A stretch of 44,396 nt of DNA from positions 1 to 44,396 of the forward strand of contig CALBKQ010000082.1 in assembly GCA_937895645.1 (NCBI GenBank), written 5' to 3'. The position numbers and the translations under genes were made by a program. The notes beneath the pieces were generated by a model. The model searched no databases. It saw nothing but the letters and a program-made list of their open reading frames with translations, and was not told the DNA's origin. Positions 6,374 to 14,682 of the stretch are shown here, in pieces. Source of the DNA: an uncultured Clostridia bacterium. Lineage in GTDB: Bacteria > Bacillota > Clostridia > Oscillospirales > Acutalibacteraceae. Position 1 is the first letter of the stretch. Each line of letters opens with the position of its first letter.

Positions 6374-8179
6374 ATGAAAGGTTCTAAGAGACTCGGCAAA
6401 TCAATACTTGTAATTGCTTTGTCAATTATACTCCTTATCAGTGCAGTGGCTCCACTCACTGTAATGGGTTCAGAAAACAACGGAGGCGGATTAAAAGGAA
6501 CAAGCCTCGGTCAATACCGTTATTACTCAGTTAAGAGCGGTGATACACTTGCTTCAATCGCAAGTAAGAATGGTGTTACAGTTAGTGACATTATGACTTA
6601 CAACGACCTTGACAGCAGTGATTCAATTTACAGAGGTCAGATTCTTAAGGTTCCTGTGACAAGCGAGAATAAACAGAATCAGGTTATTTCTTCAAGCATC
6701 ACAATCAAAGCTAAAGAATCAAATGTAAAAGACCTTATCTCTTCAATCGCTTACAATGCAGGTTACACAGTTATCTACAAGGGTGCAGGTACAGAAACTG
6801 TGACTCTTGACCTTGAAAAAGTATCACCACTTAAAGCTATTGATTATGTTACAAGAATGGTTGGTCTTTCATATCTTAAAGACGGCAACACAATTCTTGT
6901 TGCATCAGCCGGTGAACTTAACGGTACTTTTGTTGACAGCCTTGTACTTACAAAGTTCTCATTCAAATATATTACACATGATGAACTTCTTAGCCAGGCA
7001 AGTGCTCTAGGTCTTTCAAACATGAAAACAGTTTCGCAGTCAAACAACGGCAGAGATATCTGGATTTCAGCTTATCCAAAAGAAATGGCTAAACTCCACG
7101 AACTTGTTGAAATTCTTGACGCTCCTGAAAATATCAGTGTAGGTAGTAACAGTATTGCTGCTGCATTTACCCCTATTGAACTTGACTATATTTCAGCAAC
7201 AGATTTCTCAAACCTTCTTTCAAGCCTTGGTCTTCATGCAGGTATTACTATGAACGTAAGACCTATGACTCTTTTCGTTTATGTAAGCGGTACTCAACTC
7301 GCTGACATTATGACAATTAAGAGAGTTGTTGATACTGAAGATGCTATCACAGAAGGTATGGGTGGCAATACAGGTACAGACACTCCTGTAACTACTCCTG
7401 ATGACGATACAACAGGTGACGATAACACTGCTGATACTCCTAATACTGACGATACAACAAACAATAATACAGATAATACTACTCCTGATGATACAACAAC
7501 ACCAGAAGAGCCTGTTGAAGAACCAATGATTCTTGAAAAGATTGAGTTTACAAATCTTGAAAGAGGCGATGTTGAAAGCTATATCAGAACACAGGTTGAT
7601 GAGGTTATTTTCTACGGTCACGACAGAATGACAAAAGCTGTATGGATGTATGCTAAGGAATCAGACGTTGCAAAGGCAAAAGACCTTATTGCTACTATCG
7701 ACGAAAGTGTTCCAACTGCAGCAAGTACAGTTCATACATACACAGCACAGAATTGTACAGCAAATCAGTTGATGGAAAGACTTTCAGGCGTAAGTATTGA
7801 TGGTGTAACATTCCAGACATACGAATATTCAGACCTTACAAATAGCATTATTGTTTACTGTGATGCGGCTACATGGAATAATCAGGTTTATGATTTAATT
7901 GTTGCTTTTGATACAGAACACACAGGTGTAGCAACATGGATTCCACTTGAATCAAAAGAAGCTGAATCAAAAGAGGCTGCTGAAAAGGTACTCAATGAAA
8001 GAATTAGTATTATGAAGTCACTTTACCCTGAAGTGTTTGGTGCTGTTGAATTCCAGATTGTTACTCTTGAACAGGCATCAGGTGAAACAAAGACTTTCAA
8101 AGCAGTTATTTACGCAAAGACTACATCAGATAAGGCAACAAGAATGTGTAACCTTATTGATGCTATGGATAACGCATAA
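6374..8179 (+). CDS. LysM-domain protein carrying an N0 (STN)-like domain and multiple secretin-N/N1-like domains, with no secretin pore domain
   Basis: GGGGGA RBS and an N-terminal signal/anchor. A LysM domain covers residues 49-94 (YYSVKSGDTLASIASKNGVTVSDIMTYNDL..GQILKVP, nt 6518-6655). An N0-like block sits at nt 6695-6907, followed by repeated units of about 60 aa ending EILD, RVVD, ATID, VAFD and DAMD. A T/D/N/P-rich linker spans about nt 7360-7520. Confidence 0.7.
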   Translation: MKGSKRLGKSILVIALSIILLISAVAPLTVMGSENNGGGLKGTSLGQYRYYSVKSGDTLASIASKNGVTVSDIMTYNDLDSSDSIYRGQILKVPVTSENKQNQVISSSITIKAKESNVKDLISSIAYNAGYTVIYKGAGTETVTLDLEKVSPLKAIDYVTRMVGLSYLKDGNTILVASAGELNGTFVDSLVLTKFSFKYITHDELLSQASALGLSNMKTVSQSNNGRDIWISAYPKEMAKLHELVEILDAPENISVGSNSIAAAFTPIELDYISATDFSNLLSSLGLHAGITMNVRPMTLFVYVSGTQLADIMTIKRVVDTEDAITEGMGGNTGTDTPVTTPDDDTTGDDNTADTPNTDDTTNNNTDNTTPDDTTTPEEPVEEPMILEKIEFTNLERGDVESYIRTQVDEVIFYGHDRMTKAVWMYAKESDVAKAKDLIATIDESVPTAASTVHTYTAQNCTANQLMERLSGVSIDGVTFQTYEYSDLTNSIIVYCDAATWNNQVYDLIVAFDTEHTGVATWIPLESKEAESKEAAEKVLNERISIMKSLYPEVFGAVEFQIVTLEQASGETKTFKAVIYAKTTSDKATRMCNLIDAMDNA

Positions 8180-8191
8180 GGACTATTAATA

Positions 8192-8213
8192 GGGGTGCGA
8201 TTTTCGCACCCCC
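8192..8213 (+). promoter_or_regulatory. GC-rich intra-operon stem-loop without a U-tract
   Basis: GGGGTGCGA-tttt-CGCACCCC directly after the stop at 8179 and upstream of pilT. Confidence 0.4.
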
Positions 8214-8266
8214 ATAGCCACTTATATACAGACTTTAATTTTATTGCAGAAAACGGGTTGAAAATA

Positions 8267-9367
8267 ATGAGATTTTTTGAGAAACCAAGTCAATACCCAA
8301 AAACACTTGAAGATTTATTACGAATTACCGTTGAAAAGGGTGGTTCTGACCTTCATCTTGTAAGCGGTATTGAGCCTTGCATTAGAATAAATGGTGCTCT
8401 TGTCCGTCAGGATGACCTTCCGAAAATGTATCCTGAAGACATTGAACAGATTTTACGCAAGTGCATGTCTGATGTTCAGGTTAGGGATTTTGAAGAAAAT
8501 TGGGAACTTGACCTTGCAATTTCAGTTCCTAAATGCGCTCGTTTCCGTGGAAATGTGATTATTCAGCGTGGTTCTATTGCGGCAGTTTTCAGAGCAATCC
8601 CATTTGAGATTCCCCCACTTGATAAATTAGGTTTACCTGCTGATGTTAAGCGCCTTTGTAATCTTCCACGTGGACTTGTTCTTGTTACAGGACCTACAGG
8701 TAGCGGTAAATCAACAACCCTTGCTGCAATGATTGACTATATCAACACGCACTATGAAACAAATATAGTTACGGTTGAAGACCCTATTGAGTTTTTACAT
8801 ACACATAAAAAATCAACAGTTCGACAACGTGAAATCGGTACGGATACAAGAAGTTTTGCAAACGCTCTTAAAACAGTTCTTCGTCACGACCCTGACGTTA
8901 TTATGATTGGTGAAATGCGTGACCCTGAAAGTATTCAGGTTGCGGTTACCGCCGCTGAAACAGGACATCTTGTTCTTTCAACACTTCATACGCAGACTGC
9001 ACCAATGACTATTTCCCGTATTGTTGACTCTTTCCCGATGGAGCAAAAGGGACAAATCCGTTCACAGCTCTCAAATACAATCAAAGCTGTTATTTCTCAA
9101 CAACTCATCCCAACTATTAATGGTCGAGGAAGAGTTGCTGCAATTGAATATATGGTAGATACCCCTGCAGTTAAAAACCTTATTCGTGAAGAAAAGGAAC
9201 ACCAGCTTTATGCAACTATGCAGACAGGTACAATGCAGGGTATGCAGACCATGGACCAGGCACTTCTTAATCTTCTTAAACAACAGAAAATCACAAGAGA
9301 GTCAGTTCTTGAATTCTGTGTCGACCAGAAAGAAGTTATTCGCCTTATGGGTACCATGGGGCTTTAA
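8267..9367 (+). CDS. pilT: Type IV pilus retraction ATPase PilT
   Basis: About 366 aa. Motifs present: EKGGSDLHL, Walker A GPTGSGKSTT, Asp/His boxes (IMIGEMRD, LVLSTLHT) and the PilT signature AVKNLIREEK. The start is set at the ATG at 8267 because the ORF-track start at 8195 lies inside the hairpin. Confidence 0.92.
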   Translation: MRFFEKPSQYPKTLEDLLRITVEKGGSDLHLVSGIEPCIRINGALVRQDDLPKMYPEDIEQILRKCMSDVQVRDFEENWELDLAISVPKCARFRGNVIIQRGSIAAVFRAIPFEIPPLDKLGLPADVKRLCNLPRGLVLVTGPTGSGKSTTLAAMIDYINTHYETNIVTVEDPIEFLHTHKKSTVRQREIGTDTRSFANALKTVLRHDPDVIMIGEMRDPESIQVAVTAAETGHLVLSTLHTQTAPMTISRIVDSFPMEQKGQIRSQLSNTIKAVISQQLIPTINGRGRVAAIEYMVDTPAVKNLIREEKEHQLYATMQTGTMQGMQTMDQALLNLLKQQKITRESVLEFCVDQKEVIRLMGTMGL

Positions 9368-9408
9368 TTAGAATTTTATAATTTTTACATATAAAGGGGG
9401 CAACTTAC

Positions 9409-10611
9409 TTGGCAGCCTTTACTTATAATGGTATAAATAAACAAGGTCAGAGCGTACAGGGTGAAGTTATTGCCGACAGTACTGCTCAAGCCATTGACAG
9501 ACTTCGTGAAAATGGGGTTATAGTTACAGAAATGAAAGAAAAAGCCGCTAAGAAAAAATCAAGCGGTGGCGGTAAAAAAGTTACAACTGAAGATATTGCC
9601 GTTGTATGTAAGCAACTTGCAGTTATGCTTTCGGCGGGTGTTCCTGTTACAAGAGCATTGACTACTCTTTCAAAACAGTGTGCAAACCCAAAGCTTGGAA
9701 ATATTATGGAAGAAATTGCAAAGAGCGTTGAAGGTGGTATGCCACTTTCAGAAGCATTTGCGCAGTACCCAAAAGTGTTTTCACCTCTTTTTATTGCTAT
9801 GATTGCTTCTGGTGAGGCCGGCGGTATTATGGAACAAGCGCTTGTCAGCCTTGCTGATATGATGCAGAAAGAAAAAAATCTTCAAAAAAACATAAAATCA
9901 GCTTATTCATATCCACGAAGCGTTATGATTATGGCGGTTGTTTTGCTTCTTGCAATGCTTTGGTTTATGGTTCCTATGTTTAAGAATATGATGAAAAAAG
10001 GTACTGAAGTTGAAGGTATTTCAAAAGTTATTTTCGGTATTTCAGACAGCCTTCGTGAAGATACAGGCACATGGATTCTTGTTGCTGCTCTTATTGGTGG
10101 CGCGGTGTTCGCATTTATCAAGAGCCCTATTGCCCACAAAATTTGGGAAGCAAATAAACTTACAATGCCAATGCTTGGTGACTTCATGACCAAGATGGTC
10201 GTTGCCCGTTTCTGCCGTACATTTGCCACACTCCTTGCAGGTGGTGTTACAGCAGTTGAGGCACTTAAGAGTGCAGGACCTACATCAGGTTCAGAAAAAC
10301 TTGAAAAAGCAGTCAAAGATGCAATTGAAGATATTGAAGAAGGTAAGAGTATTTCCGATGCACTTGATAAGAGTGGTATTTTCCCGCCAATGCTTACAGG
10401 TATGGTGGCTATCGGTGAAGAATCAGGTGCTTTACCTGAACTTCTTGATAAGGTTGCAGAGTTCTTTGAAGAAGACGTTGAAAACACATCACGAAATCTT
10501 CGTGCAATTATCGAACCTATCGCCCTTGTTTTTGTTGGTGTTATTGTTGGTGGTATGCTTATTGCACTTTACGTTCCAATGCTTACATCATCTACATCAA
10601 TGGGTGCATAA
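9409..10611 (+). CDS. pilC: Type IV pilus platform protein PilC (GspF family)
   Basis: TTG start 8 nt after AAGGGGG. The N-terminus FTYNGINKQGQSVQGEV is typical of PilC, and there are two GspF repeats (..LSAGVPV..AL and ..LLAGGVTAVEAL) with three TM segments. Confidence 0.9.
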   Translation: MAAFTYNGINKQGQSVQGEVIADSTAQAIDRLRENGVIVTEMKEKAAKKKSSGGGKKVTTEDIAVVCKQLAVMLSAGVPVTRALTTLSKQCANPKLGNIMEEIAKSVEGGMPLSEAFAQYPKVFSPLFIAMIASGEAGGIMEQALVSLADMMQKEKNLQKNIKSAYSYPRSVMIMAVVLLLAMLWFMVPMFKNMMKKGTEVEGISKVIFGISDSLREDTGTWILVAALIGGAVFAFIKSPIAHKIWEANKLTMPMLGDFMTKMVVARFCRTFATLLAGGVTAVEALKSAGPTSGSEKLEKAVKDAIEDIEEGKSISDALDKSGIFPPMLTGMVAIGEESGALPELLDKVAEFFEEDVENTSRNLRAIIEPIALVFVGVIVGGMLIALYVPMLTSSTSMGA

Positions 10612-10650
10612 AAACAGAAAAATCCTTATACTGACAGGAGAATGATAGAT

Positions 10651-11622
10651 ATGGCTAAACTTAAAAGCGTTATTGGTTGTGAAATTACAACTAATGAGAT
10701 AAGAGCAGTTGAAGTTGCTAAAGAAAGCGGTGCTTATAAAATTCTTGCAATGGGTTATATGCCTTTGGAAGAAGGTGTGATTGGAGAAGCATTTATCAGA
10801 GATGCTGACAAATTCAATGATGCAATCACAGAACTTATTGCTCAGGGTAATTTCCAGACAACAGATGTTGCAATCGGTGTAAACAATGAAAATGTACTTA
10901 TGCGTTATGCAACTTTCCCAAAAGTTGACAATGACAAGCTTCGCAATATGATTCTTTTACAGGCACAGGAGTTTATTCCTATTCCTATTCAGGAAATGGA
11001 AGTGGACTTTGTTGTTGCTGGTGAAACTGTTGACGAAGATGATACACCACAGGTAAACATAATGCTTATCGCAGCAAGAAAGCAGATGCTTGAAGGCTAT
11101 ATCAATCTCTTTACTGCATCAAAATTACAGGTGCAGGAAATTGACTCTTCATTACTTGCATATTGTCGCGGACTCAACGAAATCAGCGATGGTGTAAGAT
11201 ATGGTGTTGTTAATCTTACTGATGATGTGCTTAACTTTATTGTTGTCGAAGGTAACGAAATCGCAATGGTTCGTTCAATTACAATTACTGAAAGAAATCA
11301 GAATGCAGTTACTAATGTATTCAAAGGTTCAAGAGATGGCTCATATACAGACGAAGATGTTGAAACAGTTGCAACTTTCCTTTCATCTGAAACATCATCA
11401 ACAATTAGTTATTACTCAATGCAGAATAGCAAACCTATTGAAAAACTTTATTTCATTATGAACTCATCAGTAGCAGAAAAAATTGCTCCTACAGTAGCAT
11501 CAAATTTATATATTCCTATGGAAGTGCCACAGTTTTATCCAAACTTACAGGCAGAGTCAGTTACACCGTTAGGTGAATATGCAAGTTGTATAGGAATTGC
11601 AATTTCAAGTTTGGAGGGATAA
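10651..11622 (+). CDS. pilM: Type IV pilus assembly protein PilM (actin-like ATPase fold)
   Basis: Its position precedes a PilN-like gene. The sequence contains IGCEITTNEIRAVEV..., ...IGVNNENVLMRY...P and a later ...VVNLTDDVLNFIVVEG, consistent with PilM/FtsA-like subdomains. The ATG at 10651 has better spacing from the AGGAG at 10636-10640 than the ATG at 10642. Confidence 0.8.
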   Translation: MAKLKSVIGCEITTNEIRAVEVAKESGAYKILAMGYMPLEEGVIGEAFIRDADKFNDAITELIAQGNFQTTDVAIGVNNENVLMRYATFPKVDNDKLRNMILLQAQEFIPIPIQEMEVDFVVAGETVDEDDTPQVNIMLIAARKQMLEGYINLFTASKLQVQEIDSSLLAYCRGLNEISDGVRYGVVNLTDDVLNFIVVEGNEIAMVRSITITERNQNAVTNVFKGSRDGSYTDEDVETVATFLSSETSSTISYYSMQNSKPIEKLYFIMNSSVAEKIAPTVASNLYIPMEVPQFYPNLQAESVTPLGEYASCIGIAISSLEG

Positions 11623-12359
11623 TGGTGTTTAAGGTAAGTTTGTTACCAGCAAGTTATAGAAAATTGCTGGAAGGTAAAAAGAAAAAAGATTTAATTCTTA
11701 AAGTTGCATTAGTAATTTTGGTATGCATGCTTATTATGTATAGTGGTTTTGCTGTAAGATTGTTTATTCTTAAGGCTCAGCTTAAAGAGATTCAGCAGAG
11801 CAATGGTTTGATAAGTGCTGAAATTTCAGAACTTGAGCAATATAAGGCAATTTATGATAATCTCGTAGCATCTCAACAGAAAGTTGACCAGATTTTGCCA
11901 AAATCACCAAGTGCAGTTAAATTCTTGTCTTTGGTACAAGCAAATCGTCCTGAATATGCCGAATACACAGTGGTTACGATTCAGGAATGGTCAACAAATC
12001 CTATTTGTATGATTGAAGGCAGTCTTCCAGCGGCACAAAATATAGGTGACGCAGTATCACAACTTCGTGATTTAGAAGAAAACTTCAAAACCGGAGAAGA
12101 TTTCAAAGATGTTGTAACTGAGGTTAAAGTTATTAACAATATGCCATCTGTTACAACAGATGCTCAAGGTAATCAGTCATATACATTCCGCATATACCTT
12201 TCAGCCGGTGGTAGTATAGTTCTTGACGAGTCAGGTGCTCTCGTAACCACAACTACAACAACCACAACTACAACAACCACAACTACAACTACAACTACAA
12301 CAACCACTACAACAGCTCCTGCTGAAAGCACATCAACAGAAGCAAGTACTGAAGCTTAA
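11622..12359 (+). CDS. pilN: PilN-like bitopic pilus alignment protein with a C-terminal poly-Thr tail
   Basis: The start overlaps the pilM stop (TAATG) after GGAGGG. The N-terminal VSLLPASYRK resembles the conserved PilN INLLP peptide. It has one TM segment, a coiled-coil and 23 consecutive Thr codons (12246-12314). Confidence 0.7.
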   Translation: MVFKVSLLPASYRKLLEGKKKKDLILKVALVILVCMLIMYSGFAVRLFILKAQLKEIQQSNGLISAEISELEQYKAIYDNLVASQQKVDQILPKSPSAVKFLSLVQANRPEYAEYTVVTIQEWSTNPICMIEGSLPAAQNIGDAVSQLRDLEENFKTGEDFKDVVTEVKVINNMPSVTTDAQGNQSYTFRIYLSAGGSIVLDESGALVTTTTTTTTTTTTTTTTTTTTTTTAPAESTSTEASTEA

Positions 12360-12372
12360 GGAGGAAATATAA

Positions 12373-12924
12373 ATGAATACAAAAATCAATCTTTCCGGCC
12401 TTAAAGATAAAGTAAGTACTGTTGTCCTTGTTATTATTGCCATGGTATTACTTGTTGCAGTATTAGGTGTTGCCTCATATTTCACAATCAATGAAGTTGC
12501 AGAATTGAAAGAACGCATTGGCTCAAGTGTTACAGCTTACGATGAAAATAAAATTTTTGTGGCAAGTCTTGAAAAGTTAAAAGCAGACTCAAAGTATTAT
12601 GAAGCTCAACAAGCTGAATATGATAAAGTTATTGCAGATGCTGGCACATATAATGCAGTTGATTATTATGTTGCAATCGACGAAATGTGCAAAAAGTACA
12701 ATCTTAAGGTTATTGACATTTCAGTTGGCGATATGCAGCCTAACGGACTTGTAAACCAAGCAACTACAACACTTGCAGTTGTTGGTGAAGAAGTTGATGT
12801 GAGAAGAATGGCAGTTGAAATTGTATCACAAGAAAAAATAGCTAGAATTGATACTATTGCTATGGCAAAACAGCAGGATGGTACTGTTGCGGCGTCAATG
12901 GTAATTGTAAATTTCACGAAATAA
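12373..12924 (+). CDS. pilO: PilO-like bitopic pilus alignment protein
   Basis: AAGGAGG RBS, one TM segment (VVLVIIAMVLLVAVLGVASYF), a coiled-coil, then a small alpha/beta domain. It sits between pilN-like and pilB. Confidence 0.6.
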   Translation: MNTKINLSGLKDKVSTVVLVIIAMVLLVAVLGVASYFTINEVAELKERIGSSVTAYDENKIFVASLEKLKADSKYYEAQQAEYDKVIADAGTYNAVDYYVAIDEMCKKYNLKVIDISVGDMQPNGLVNQATTTLAVVGEEVDVRRMAVEIVSQEKIARIDTIAMAKQQDGTVAASMVIVNFTK

Positions 12925-12954
12925 AGATTTTGAACACGAAAGATAGGTATTTCT

Positions 12955-14640
12955 ATGGCAGATAATGTTATTATCCCCGGTAGTATTTGTGCAAGACTTA
13001 TTGATGCCGGAATTATTACAACAGAGCAGCTACAAGAAGCTCTTGAAATACAGAAGACAAGCAAACAGCTTATAGGTACAATTCTTACACAGTTAGGTTA
13101 CTGTACTGAAGAAGATGTTGCAAGAATGCTTGCAAGTAAGACAGGTCATAAGTTCGTTTCGATTGATGAAGTTGGCGTTAATATTGCAGTTGCAAATCTG
13201 ATTACTCCTGAACTTGCTGTTAAGAACAATATTCTTCCTATCTATGAGGAAGACGGTATTGTTTATGTTGCAATGAAGAATCCTAATGATATTCTTACTG
13301 TGGACTATCTCCGAATGCTCACAGGTTATGAAATCTGCCCTGTAGTAGCGGCTGATATGGAACTTCAGGCAGCTATTGAGAACTTTGCAAATATGAACAG
13401 TGGTGTTGATAATTACGATGACGAAGAAGATGATTTGGCAGTTGAGGCTGAATCTCTTGACATTGATGATAAACCTGCTGTTCAGCTTGTAAACCAGATT
13501 ATCAATAACGCTATTAAAGCAGGCGCTTCGGATATTCACGTTGAAGCTCTTGAAAAATATATGCGTGTCCGTTTCAGAATTGACGGTGTTTTGCAAGAAA
13601 TTATGCAGAACCCTATTAAAATGTATGCAGCAGTAATTTCCAGAATCAAGGTTATTGGTGGTATGGATATTGCTGAACGTCGTATTCCTCAGGACGGTCG
13701 TGCAACAGTTAAATTTGAAGACAAAACAATGGACGTTCGTATTGCTTCAATGCCAACAGTTTACGGCGAAAAAGTCGTAATGCGTTTGCTTGAAAGAAGC
13801 AATACAAACGTTGTAACTCTTAAAGATATTAAGTTCAGCCCTCGTCAGTTTGACAGATTTAACCACGCTATTCATATGCCTTACGGGTTCGTTCTTGTTA
13901 CAGGACCTACTGGTAGTGGTAAATCTACAACACTTTACGCTACATTGGCTGAAATCAGCACACTTGAAAAGAACGTTATTACACTTGAAGACCCTGTTGA
14001 ACGTAGAATGGCAGGCATTAACCAGGTACAGATGAATAACCGTGCAGGTATGACTTTCGCAGCTGCTCTTCGTTCAGTTCTTCGTTCTGACCCCGATATT
14101 GTCATGGTCGGTGAAATTCGAGACAGCGAAACTGCAAAGATTGCCGTTGAAGCTGCTCTTACAGGTCATATGGTTCTTTCAACACTTCATACAAACGATG
14201 CGTCAGGTGCTGTTACCCGTCTTGACGAAATGGGCGTTGAGCCGTTCCTTACTGCATCATCACTTGTTGGTGTTCTTGCACAGCGTCTTGTAAGAAGACT
14301 TTGTCCAAAATGTAAAGAAGAGTATGAAATTTCTCATGCAGAACTTAAAAAGATAGTTCCCGACCTTGAAGAGTATGGCTATAATCAACCAAGTTACAAA
14401 CTTTACAAGGCAAAGGGCTGTCTTACATGTAATAATACAGGCTATAAGGGACGAGAAGCTGTATTTGAATTCCTTACTGTTACAGAAGAAATGAAACGCC
14501 TTATTCTTGACCGTGCAACAGTTGCTGAAGTTAAGAAGTTGGCTATGTCACAAGAAATGTTGACACTTAAAGATGAAGGTCTTTATAAAATGATGGAAGG
14601 TAATACTTCTCTTGAAGAAGTTTTACGTGTTATCGTTTAA
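12955..14640 (+). CDS. pilB: Type IV pilus assembly (extension) ATPase PilB (GspE family)
   Basis: N-terminal GSPII_E_N-like domain, Walker A GPTGSGKSTTLYA, IMVGEIRD, LSTLHTND, and a tetracysteine zinc motif CPKC...CLTC. Confidence 0.93.
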   Translation: MADNVIIPGSICARLIDAGIITTEQLQEALEIQKTSKQLIGTILTQLGYCTEEDVARMLASKTGHKFVSIDEVGVNIAVANLITPELAVKNNILPIYEEDGIVYVAMKNPNDILTVDYLRMLTGYEICPVVAADMELQAAIENFANMNSGVDNYDDEEDDLAVEAESLDIDDKPAVQLVNQIINNAIKAGASDIHVEALEKYMRVRFRIDGVLQEIMQNPIKMYAAVISRIKVIGGMDIAERRIPQDGRATVKFEDKTMDVRIASMPTVYGEKVVMRLLERSNTNVVTLKDIKFSPRQFDRFNHAIHMPYGFVLVTGPTGSGKSTTLYATLAEISTLEKNVITLEDPVERRMAGINQVQMNNRAGMTFAAALRSVLRSDPDIVMVGEIRDSETAKIAVEAALTGHMVLSTLHTNDASGAVTRLDEMGVEPFLTASSLVGVLAQRLVRRLCPKCKEEYEISHAELKKIVPDLEEYGYNQPSYKLYKAKGCLTCNNTGYKGREAVFEFLTVTEEMKRLILDRATVAEVKKLAMSQEMLTLKDEGLYKMMEGNTSLEEVLRVIV

Positions 14641-14682
14641 TTTTTTCCATTTAATAAAATCTTTTGAAAGGAGCGTATCATT

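Noticed and set aside
7220-7621. 133-aa minus-strand ORF opposite the T/D/N-rich linker of the LysM/N-domain protein
   Set aside because: It is the antisense reading of a low-complexity linker (Cys/Ile/Val-rich nonsense), with no RBS and no independent support.
8195-8266. Upstream extension of pilT (MRFSHPHSHLYTDF...)
   Set aside because: It starts inside the GGGGTGCGA/CGCACCCC hairpin. PilT homology begins only after the ATG at 8267.
11586-11621. Upstream extension of the PilN-like ORF overlapping the pilM end
   Set aside because: A GGAGGG RBS and TAATG coupling point to 11622, and the conserved LLP N-terminal peptide follows immediately.
9903-13596. Long antisense or alternative-frame ORFs within pilC, pilO-like and pilB (9903-10487, 10202-10645, 12666-13064, 13093-13596)
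   Set aside because: They are fully embedded in genes with strong family signatures, lack RBSs, and have the composition of shadow ORFs.
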